Notes: generated from the letters alone by a model not told the origin. DNA of 16,682 nt from an uncultured bacterium (GCA_965612795.1 CBFDTI010000027.1:1-16682); one strand, 5' to 3'; shown: positions 9,072 through 16,307, counted from the stretch's first letter. Program-made: numbers and translations.

Positions 9072-9806
9072 ATGGGATTGGAAACAATACGGGTTGACGT
9101 GCGTAAGGTGCTCCAACCTTACCTCGATAAGATTATCACTAAAATAGGGCGTGAAAACATTGTCTCCATAATACTTTATGGAAGTGCTACAGGTGAGGAT
9201 TATATTCCAGGGCGTTCTGATATTAATCTACTCATAGTGGTAAAAGATATCGATTTTGATCACCTACGCGCAATAATCCCAATAGTGCTTAAAGGTATCA
9301 AAAAAAGGATACCACCACCGCTTATCGTACGTCCCCCATATATAGAGAGGTCAGTTGACGTATTTCCTATCGAGTTTTTGGAGATGCGTGATACACGTGT
9401 CGTAATATACGGAGAGGATTTGCTTGCCAACGTGGAGCCCACGCGCGAACAGCTACGACTTGAATGTGAAGAAAAAATAAAGGGGCAACTACTGACTATA
9501 AGGAGTGCATACATTGAAAACGGTAACTCACCCAAAACCTTGCGTAACTTATTGATACGTTCGTTTGCAGCAATTATACCAGTGCTTAGGCAACTACTTA
9601 GGTTAAAGGGGTTACAGCCGCCTGTATCACGGGATGCGGTGATAAACAAGGTTGCGGAACAGTTCAACATCATAGATGCGGATACTTTCATAAAGCTACT
9701 ACAACTGCGGCGGGGGATATCGTTTACGTCTATGGAACTTATAGGTTTGTTCGAATCGTATCATCGTGAACTTGAAAAGCTTGCAGATATAGCGGATAGT
9801 ATCTGA
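9072..9806 (+). CDS. Pol-beta-superfamily nucleotidyltransferase-domain protein with helical C-terminus
   Basis: SIILYGSA-x8-SDINLLIVV (GS...DxN variant), DVFPIEFLEM, VIYGEDLL, LRLECE. Confidence 0.85.
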   Translation: MGLETIRVDVRKVLQPYLDKIITKIGRENIVSIILYGSATGEDYIPGRSDINLLIVVKDIDFDHLRAIIPIVLKGIKKRIPPPLIVRPPYIERSVDVFPIEFLEMRDTRVVIYGEDLLANVEPTREQLRLECEEKIKGQLLTIRSAYIENGNSPKTLRNLLIRSFAAIIPVLRQLLRLKGLQPPVSRDAVINKVAEQFNIIDADTFIKLLQLRRGISFTSMELIGLFESYHRELEKLADIADSI

Positions 9807-10354
9807 TGGAACGCATCAGCTCCGTACTTTTACGTGGTGTACTGGCCGTACTCGTGGTAACCGTTGTCATAGTGGGGTTGTATTACTTCTATACGCATCA
9901 GGAGGTGCGGCAACTTGAATCCCTCAAACAGAACATGGATACCCTTCATAGTGCATTGCTGGAGTTTGCATTAGCTACTGGTGGTTACTATCCCGCACGT
10001 TTGGATATACCCATAAAGGATGTGGCTCGTTCCATAGGGTTGAATGTGAAGGATCCCCGTTCGGTTACTGGTGGTAAAGATCCTGCTACAGCTGCTGATA
10101 TACACGAAAGCAAGGGGTTCTGCCTATTGCCATCAGATTTTGCTAACCCATTCAATGCTCACGAGATAGCGGTGATGACAGTCAGAGGGGTACGTGATTA
10201 CCCACGGACTCCTGGAGTAGTCTTATATATACCGCTGGAAGTTAAACGTAACTATACAACTGCATTCAAAATAATGGGGATAGGGCCACAGGGCCCTATC
10301 GATTATGTAATCGAGGAGAGTGCCATCCTACGGCGACCACCGGAAAAAATTTAG
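9806..10354 (+). CDS. Membrane-anchored type IV pilin/pseudopilin-like protein
   Basis: TGATG coupling to the NTase. RG followed by a long hydrophobic helix, then SLKQNMDTLHSALLEF...GGYYP and LLP..FANPF, typical of pilin alpha-helix/loop segments. Confidence 0.55.
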   Translation: MERISSVLLRGVLAVLVVTVVIVGLYYFYTHQEVRQLESLKQNMDTLHSALLEFALATGGYYPARLDIPIKDVARSIGLNVKDPRSVTGGKDPATAADIHESKGFCLLPSDFANPFNAHEIAVMTVRGVRDYPRTPGVVLYIPLEVKRNYTTAFKIMGIGPQGPIDYVIEESAILRRPPEKI

Positions 10355-12162
10355 TGTAGTTCATCGGATAAACCGGATAGCCCAAGTTCGTTCAGTTTAG
10401 ATTCTGTAGGTACACCTTCTTTGTTCCAACCCCTTATCTCGTAGTAGAGATCTAGCATCTTCTCAAATTTATCACGCGGTATTATCTCACCCTTTGCGGG
10501 GCCATCTTCGATATGTTCCTCGAAGAACCTCGCCGGTAAAGTATCATCTTTACGTGTGAACCCCTCACGTAGGTTGAATATACGGACAAGGTTCCAGATA
10601 CGTTCACCTAGTTTCACATAGTCGTCGGCCCCCATCTCAAACCCCGTATCCTTTGTGATGAGTTCGGCGAACTCATCCTCACTTATTGGCATAAAGTCAC
10701 ACACTACTAACGAATAGGCGGCAGCACGTTCATCTTGTACATAACGTACGAAGTGCGCTAACTGTTCAGGTGAGTGCTTATCTACCTTGCCGTAGAGTTC
10801 AGCACGTGCTGTCCATGCACGTTGGTGGCAGCCACCACGATCTGCGGTAGCAAACGCTAATGCCATACCCCATGATGCACGTGGATCGACACCTGCAATC
10901 TCAAGCCCCTTTACGTGGATGGCAAATTTTTCGCTACCTTTACCTATTTGAGCGGCAGCTCTTTTAACCCCGCCTGTAAACAGCTCGCCAATACCGCGTT
11001 TGTAGGCTACACTTTTGATGAATTCTATCATTGCGTCACCGTTACCCCAATGTAGAGGGATCTCGCTTGATATGAGGCCACGCTCGTAACATTCCATCGC
11101 AAACCCGGTAATATTGGCCATGCTAATAGCATCTACACCCAAGTCGTTACATAGTGTGTGTGCATAGACGATATCCTCATAGCTGAAGATACCGAGGTTA
11201 CAGCCAAACAATGCAGTAGGCTCATATTCTGGTACCTCGTACGTCTTACCAGCGTATTCACCCTTTGGTATACGGGTGTAGTTAGTACATACAAACGGAC
11301 ATGAGTAGCAACCGCGTTTACCTTGTAGCATACCTTTTTCTATCAACACCTGTGGTACGAGTTCGATTATCCTTGCATCCCACTTACCACCATAATTGTA
11401 GAACGGTAATACACCACCGTCGATACCTTCCCATATGCAGTTAAGTGTACCTATCTTGTGGCGTTTCATACGTACTGGGTGTTTACGTAGTTTCTGGTTG
11501 AGCTTGACCACAAGTTGACGAAATCCATCCGCATCATGATAGTTGATCCCACCCGTACCTTGTACGACGAGCGCCTTGAGGTTCTTGCTACCCATAACCG
11601 TACCTGTGCCGCCACGACCGGCTTGTCGCCCTTTATCGAAACTTATGCATGCAAAGGTGACAAGGTTCTCACCTGCAGGACCTATCACACCTACGGATGC
11701 ATCCTTGTATCTACCATGCAGTATATCATCAACCTCAAATATGCGTTTACCCCATAGATCGGTAGCATCTTTTATCTCAGCACCACCATCAAATATGTGT
11801 AAATATACCGGTTTGGGTGCTTTACCACGGATTATGACGAAATCGAAACCCGCCTTTTTGAGTTTAGCACCAAAGTTACCCCCAATGTGTGAATCGTTAA
11901 ACGTACCAGTATGGGGTGACTTGACGACTATGGCCCATCTACCAGATGACGGCATAGTCGTACCGGTAAGTGGGCCCGTGAGCAAAATGAGCAAACTGTC
12001 GGGTGACAATGGGTCGAGCTTTGGTGGTAGCTCCTCAAGCAGTATCCTTGCACCCAATCCCTTACCACCAAGGAAGTCACGTAGCCAATCCCACGGTACC
12101 GGATTGATCTTGATTTTACCTGTGGAGAGATCCACATCGAGATACTTACCTGTATAGCCCAT
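10351..12162 (-). CDS. aor: Aldehyde:ferredoxin oxidoreductase family protein (probably tungsten-containing)
   Basis: KSPHTG, GPAGEN, AGRGGTGTVMGSKNLKA, CxxCxxxC (CYSCPFVC), PEYE, DLGVD, DRGGCH, distal Cys in VVCDF, DDTLPARF, YYEIRGW. Confidence 0.96.
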   Translation of the reverse strand: MGYTGKYLDVDLSTGKIKINPVPWDWLRDFLGGKGLGARILLEELPPKLDPLSPDSLLILLTGPLTGTTMPSSGRWAIVVKSPHTGTFNDSHIGGNFGAKLKKAGFDFVIIRGKAPKPVYLHIFDGGAEIKDATDLWGKRIFEVDDILHGRYKDASVGVIGPAGENLVTFACISFDKGRQAGRGGTGTVMGSKNLKALVVQGTGGINYHDADGFRQLVVKLNQKLRKHPVRMKRHKIGTLNCIWEGIDGGVLPFYNYGGKWDARIIELVPQVLIEKGMLQGKRGCYSCPFVCTNYTRIPKGEYAGKTYEVPEYEPTALFGCNLGIFSYEDIVYAHTLCNDLGVDAISMANITGFAMECYERGLISSEIPLHWGNGDAMIEFIKSVAYKRGIGELFTGGVKRAAAQIGKGSEKFAIHVKGLEIAGVDPRASWGMALAFATADRGGCHQRAWTARAELYGKVDKHSPEQLAHFVRYVQDERAAAYSLVVCDFMPISEDEFAELITKDTGFEMGADDYVKLGERIWNLVRIFNLREGFTRKDDTLPARFFEEHIEDGPAKGEIIPRDKFEKMLDLYYEIRGWNKEGVPTESKLNELGLSGLSDELH

Positions 12163-12167
12163 GTTTT

Positions 12168-12195
12168 AAAATACATACAACTAGAGGTGTGTCAA
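12168..12195 (-). promoter_or_regulatory. Putative promoter TTGACA-N16-TATTTT, predicted leaderless start at the AOR ATG
   Basis: Perfect -35; the -10 element ends 5 nt before ATG 12162; no SD. Confidence 0.65.
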
Positions 12196-12275
12196 TTCTT
12201 CTTCTCAGTGGTTGTGGATTCCAGTACAAATCATTTTTATTCATCCTATTCTTCTTAATGTCGAGTTGAGTGAGG

Positions 12276-12312
12276 TTGATTTTTGACAATACGTAATATT
12301 TTTCAGTAGTAT
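12276..12312 (+). promoter_or_regulatory. Putative promoter(s): TTGATT-N15-TATTTT (12276-12302) overlapping TTGACA-N18-TAGTAT (12283-12312)
   Basis: Read directly; immediately upstream of ATG 12317. Confidence 0.55.
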
Positions 12313-12316
12313 TGGG

Positions 12317-12433
12317 ATGGCGAGAAGCAAGTCGAAGCACAAACGTAGACGCCATAAGATAAGGCTTAAGTGGAAGCGACGCAAGAAGAAACAGAAGCTA
12401 CTGCAGAAACTATCAGAGAAAACAGCTGGGTGA
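12317..12433 (+). CDS. Unannotated 38-aa highly basic protein
   Basis: MARSKSKHKRRRHKIRLKWKRRKKKQKLLQKLSEKTAG*; 19/38 residues are K/R. Sits directly behind a promoter, and its TGA overlaps the next ATG (TGATG). Confidence 0.7.
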   Translation: MARSKSKHKRRRHKIRLKWKRRKKKQKLLQKLSEKTAG

Positions 12434-12891
12434 TGGCCAAAGGTCGTATACCACCGGATGAACGTATGGAGAAAGGGCCGGTCGTTGTCGTGGAGTGTGA
12501 AGAAGAGATACCCTGTAACCCTTGTGTTAAAGCATGTCCAGTGGGTGCGATAACGATTGAAGGTAATATCAACAACTTACCGGTGGTGGATTTCGATGTA
12601 TGTACAGGATGCGGGCTATGTATTGCAGGATGTCCGGGGTTGGCAATTTTTGTGGTACACAAAAACTATCGACCTGACAGAGGTGAGGGGTTGGTGATGC
12701 TACCGTACGAGTTTATACCATTACCTAAGAAAGGTGACAAGGTATGGGGAGTGGATCGTAACGGCAAAGTCGTCTGTGAAGCTACCGTCGAACGTGTACT
12801 CAATACACCGAAACAGGATCGTACTGCGATCATATCAGTGGTGGTACCGAGTGACCTCGTTATGGAGGTTAGAAATATAAAACTAAAGTAG
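12433..12891 (+). CDS. 2x[4Fe-4S] ferredoxin-domain protein with C-terminal beta domain (PdhF-like subunit family)
   Basis: PPDERMEKGPVVVVECEEEIPCNPCVKAC and CTGCGLCIAGCPGLAIF, plus LPYEFIPLP. True start taken as ATG 12433 (coupled to the micro-ORF) rather than GTG 12370. Confidence 0.88.
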   Translation: MAKGRIPPDERMEKGPVVVVECEEEIPCNPCVKACPVGAITIEGNINNLPVVDFDVCTGCGLCIAGCPGLAIFVVHKNYRPDRGEGLVMLPYEFIPLPKKGDKVWGVDRNGKVVCEATVERVLNTPKQDRTAIISVVVPSDLVMEVRNIKLK

Positions 12892-12954
12892 CACTTGCAC
12901 GCTATAGGGTAGATGGCCCATAAGCGAGTAGCGGGTGAATATGATACACAGCTA

Positions 12955-12981
12955 TTGTCTATCATCAAATATGGATAAATT
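12955..12981 (+). promoter_or_regulatory. Putative tRNA promoter TTGTCT-N15-TAAATT
   Basis: Predicts +1 near 12988, about 5 nt before the mature tRNA 5' end. Confidence 0.5.
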
Positions 12982-12992
12982 AATAAGGTAAC

Positions 12993-13082
12993 GGAGGGGT
13001 GGCCGAGTGGACGAAGGCGCCTGACTCGAAATCAGGTTCTCCGCCATAGGCGGGGACGGGGGTTCGAATCCCTCCCCCTCCG
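12993..13082 (+). tRNA. tRNA-Ser(CGA), class II, 3' CCA not encoded
   Basis: Acceptor GGAGGGG/CCCCTCC, D-arm GCC..GGC, anticodon arm CCTGA-CT-CGA-AA-TCAGG, long variable stem TCTCCGCC-ATA-GGCGGGGA, T-loop TTCGAAT, discriminator G followed by GTT. Confidence 0.96.
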
Positions 13083-13163
13083 GTTTATATTAGGGGGTAG
13101 AAATTTTCGTAACCCGTGAACAGGTTCCAGATACCCAACTTGAAGCAACCAAAAGGGGCAGCT

Positions 13164-16100
13164 ATGATATGGTGGCTCATCGTCATAGGTATCAACTTTG
13201 GGCTTTTACGTAACCGTACGGCTGAACATACGTATGTGGTGCAGGAGAAGCTGAACCACCTTTTACGAATGTATCCTGAACTACGTAATTACTGGTCACG
13301 TCCGATGATACCGGGGTTGTTGGGTCGCCATCGTAAAGGTGACGTCGATACCGTTAAGGTGCTCGCTATAAGGGTGGAATTTATAGAGCATCCAGAGGAT
13401 TCGCTTGCTACAGGTAACGGAAAGTTCAGGTTAACGCCGAACAACGAACCGCCATTCGATACCGCTGGACATAATCTATACTTTGATCCTGCGCATACGA
13501 AACGATATTTTGAACATCTGCTCGAATTTATGCATAATTACTATTACGCTACATCACAAGGTAAGTTATGGATCGAATATAGGGTGGTACCGGATGCGGA
13601 AAGCTTAGCATACCAATTACCATATCAGATATACTACTATGGTGACCCTGACCACTACGTGGAGGGGTTGCTCACCCTACTACGTGACGCGTTGATAGCG
13701 TGTGACCTACAGGATACGGTTACGATGAGCAATTACGATGCGTTTATAGTGTTCCATCCAGGATGCTCGTGGCAAGCACAAGCAGCGTGGGGTGATACCC
13801 CTTATGATATACTTACCGGTTCCATAATAGGGTTGGATGGATACTTTGGTACACCTGTATATGTGGATGATAACTATCCGATTAATGCAGGCATAATAAT
13901 GTCGGAATCGGATTTCAAGCATGGGGTACCATCATTTTTACAGGGGGCGCTCGCACATGAGTTTGGTCACCTGCTGGGATTTTATGATTTATACGATGTG
14001 AGTGGCGAATGTGTAGGTATGGGAGGATGGGCGCTCATGGGTACAGGTAACTGGAACCTTATGGGGTTGTTACCGCCACACGTATCTGCATGGCATACTG
14101 AGAAAGCGGGCTGGATAGAGCCTATCGAAATACGACATGATACCATCATACAAATATATCGACGTGGTGGAAGGGATTGGACCAAACCCAAACTATTTCG
14201 TATACCGATAAATGCACATGAGTATTATCTGTTGGAGGTGCGGTTCGCATATGCTAACCCTGACACACACAAATACATTGAGATACATAGTGCGGATTCC
14301 ACATTGCATTACGATTCGAGTGGTGTACGTGTATGGAAGGATGGTGTATTAGTAAGGTTTGACGATTATGATTGGGGGTTACCATGTGACAGCATGCAGG
14401 GCGGGGTAGCCGTCTGGCACGTAGATTGTGACAAAATAGCACGTGATAGCTTATACAATCAGATAAATGCAGGGTGGCCCAAAGGCGTAGATCTCGAGGA
14501 AGCTGACGGTATACAGGATTTTGAACTCGGTTGGTATGATATCACAAATATAACGGCTGCATTTTATGGTACACCATGGGATCTGTTCTATTCACCCAGT
14601 GCACCTGAATTTACACCATGGACAGCACCCAATACAGATGCCAACCGTGGTGGTAAAACCCATATATGTATGGAGTTTGGGCCATCGGATACTTTGATGG
14701 AGGTAACGATAAGGTTTACGATGTTGCGTGAAGGGTTTCCACAGAAAGCGGTATCTTTCTATGACGTAGCGTCACCCATCGGATGGCAGTATAATGGTGG
14801 CAGTTACTGGGCGGTTGCGGGTATGGATACGATGTTACACGTGGGGAGTGGGTTTGGTGCGAGGCTTAGAGTTTATATGGGTGATTCGCTCATTTGGGAA
14901 CGTATAGTACCGGATTGTAACATATATGCATCACCAAGTGTCGGCGATGTCACAGGTGATGGTGTACCAGATATTGTATTACCTGTGTTCTATGCGTATG
15001 CTATGTATGACAAAGGGGTAACCAAGATCTGTGGGCTGAAGGAGGTGCTCAAAGATACCCTGCTGTACATCGAAGGTGCAATCTACGTGTGGGAGGTTGA
15101 TGGACATCCTGTGGATGGGTTCCCACAATATACTTTGGGTAGGATGGTAGCACCCGCATTGTTACACGATATGAATGGTGATGGAGATTGTGAAATCCTT
15201 GTGTGCAGTGACAACCACCTGTATGTTTTCGAGGGTGATGGCAGCATGGTGGGAGGGTTTCCCATGGACCTACCCCAATGGGTATGGGGTACACCGAATT
15301 ATTATCGTGATACCATTTATGTGCTGGCAGGCGATGGTGCATTGTATAAGATAGCGAACGATGGTACATTGTGTGGAAGGTACCTTGAACCTAAATTACC
15401 GTTCTCATCAAGCACACCAGTATGCGGTGATATCAATGGTGATGGTGAGATTGAGTGGGTAGTATTGCAACGGATGACTGCAATAGCGGTGCTGGATATT
15501 GCTGGTAACGTGTTGTGGCAACAGGAGCTACCAGACACCACGTTCTATTCGACGCCGGCTATCGGTGATATAGACGGCGACAGTTTACCCGAAATTGTAG
15601 TCACGGGGTTCCATAAGTTGATGGTATACAACCACAATGGTGCGATGAAGACAGGCTTTCCGGTGGAGTATGATCCCACAGGTATGAGCGAAGGGTCACC
15701 CGTCATCGTTGACCTGGATCGTGATGGTCAAAAGGAAATAATTGTGAGTTCGTCATCTGGTAAACTCTATGCGTTCGACTATCAAGGGGAATATGTCACA
15801 GGGTTTCCATTAGATATAGGGGTGGGTAGCTACAGTACGCCGTTGGTGATGGATATCGACAATAATGATAGGATAGAGCTCATCTTGGGTAATGACGACG
15901 GTGAGATAATGGTGTGGGAATTAGGTCGCCTAGCTACAATAGAATGGGGTATGCAGCACGGTAATGCAAACCATCTGGCAACGTATGAAGGATATATGGT
16001 ACAGCCATCGGGTGCAGATGTGTTCATGAGTGCACCCCTATATGTGTATCCCAATCCAGTAAAACGGTGGGCTAAGATACATTATACATTGGGTGAGGGT

Positions 16101-16307
16101 ACAAAACATGTGAAGATACAGATATTCAATACAGCGGGCGATCTGTTGCGTGAATTCAACGGTAAAGTGGTCGACCACGGTGCGGTAGATATGGAGTTAC
16201 CGATGACGGGGTTGACGAACGGTGTCTACATGCTCAGGGTGGAAGTAACGACTGACAAAGGTGAAACTCTACATAAATTTTATAAGTTTGCGATTGTGAG
16301 AGAGTAA
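13164..16307 (+). CDS. Secreted M6-family (immune inhibitor A-like) zinc metalloprotease with FG-GAP/VCBS repeats and a C-terminal T9SS-type/FlgD-Ig sorting domain
   Basis: VLAIRVEF, HEFGHLLGFYDLY (HExxH..D), WALMGTGNW Met-turn, EYYLLE, DLEEADG; six DxxGDG-type repeats; C-terminal YVYPNP..IFNTAG..GVY. Start at MIWWL (13164) after AAGGGG. Confidence 0.92.
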   Translation: MIWWLIVIGINFGLLRNRTAEHTYVVQEKLNHLLRMYPELRNYWSRPMIPGLLGRHRKGDVDTVKVLAIRVEFIEHPEDSLATGNGKFRLTPNNEPPFDTAGHNLYFDPAHTKRYFEHLLEFMHNYYYATSQGKLWIEYRVVPDAESLAYQLPYQIYYYGDPDHYVEGLLTLLRDALIACDLQDTVTMSNYDAFIVFHPGCSWQAQAAWGDTPYDILTGSIIGLDGYFGTPVYVDDNYPINAGIIMSESDFKHGVPSFLQGALAHEFGHLLGFYDLYDVSGECVGMGGWALMGTGNWNLMGLLPPHVSAWHTEKAGWIEPIEIRHDTIIQIYRRGGRDWTKPKLFRIPINAHEYYLLEVRFAYANPDTHKYIEIHSADSTLHYDSSGVRVWKDGVLVRFDDYDWGLPCDSMQGGVAVWHVDCDKIARDSLYNQINAGWPKGVDLEEADGIQDFELGWYDITNITAAFYGTPWDLFYSPSAPEFTPWTAPNTDANRGGKTHICMEFGPSDTLMEVTIRFTMLREGFPQKAVSFYDVASPIGWQYNGGSYWAVAGMDTMLHVGSGFGARLRVYMGDSLIWERIVPDCNIYASPSVGDVTGDGVPDIVLPVFYAYAMYDKGVTKICGLKEVLKDTLLYIEGAIYVWEVDGHPVDGFPQYTLGRMVAPALLHDMNGDGDCEILVCSDNHLYVFEGDGSMVGGFPMDLPQWVWGTPNYYRDTIYVLAGDGALYKIANDGTLCGRYLEPKLPFSSSTPVCGDINGDGEIEWVVLQRMTAIAVLDIAGNVLWQQELPDTTFYSTPAIGDIDGDSLPEIVVTGFHKLMVYNHNGAMKTGFPVEYDPTGMSEGSPVIVDLDRDGQKEIIVSSSSGKLYAFDYQGEYVTGFPLDIGVGSYSTPLVMDIDNNDRIELILGNDDGEIMVWELGRLATIEWGMQHGNANHLATYEGYMVQPSGADVFMSAPLYVYPNPVKRWAKIHYTLGEGTKHVKIQIFNTAGDLLREFNGKVVDHGAVDMELPMTGLTNGVYMLRVEVTTDKGETLHKFYKFAIVRE
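14943..15890 (+). repeat. Protein-level FG-GAP/VCBS Ca-binding repeats (beta-propeller) in the M6 protease
   Basis: GDVTGDGVPDIV, HDMNGDGDCEIL, GDINGDGEIEWV, GDIDGDSLPEIV, VDLDRDGQKEII, MDIDNNDRIELI, interspersed with GFP motifs. Confidence 0.85.

Noticed and set aside
9072..10354. MNT-HEPN toxin-antitoxin or CBASS-like defence pair
   Set aside because: The partner is membrane-anchored and pilin-like with no RxxxxH HEPN motif. The NTase is DxN and lacks CD-NTase size and context.
11543..12157. Long antisense ORFs (204 aa opposite AOR; also 3970-4443, 5013-5453, 948-1352, 9260-9691, 7683-8156)
   Set aside because: Shadows of well-supported genes; Ser/Pro/Thr-rich, with no motifs or RBS.
12146..12355. 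69-aa minus-strand ORF across the AOR divergent region
   Set aside because: Overlaps both promoters and the micro-ORF; no RBS or motif.
12370..12432. Acidic N-terminal extension MEATQEETEATAET of the ferredoxin ORF
   Set aside because: GTG without SD; it is the alternative-frame reading of the basic micro-ORF. ATG 12433 with TGATG coupling fits better.
12913..12978. 21-aa ORF MAHKRVAGEYDTQLLSIIKYG before the tRNA
   Set aside because: Very short, weak RBS, overlaps the putative tRNA promoter, no distinctive composition.
12993..13082. Possible tRNA-Sec or recoding tRNA because of the long variable arm; possible integration site
   Set aside because: CGA anticodon and a 7/5 fold are normal for Ser. 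No in-frame TGA selenoprotein, integrase or duplicated 3' end seen.
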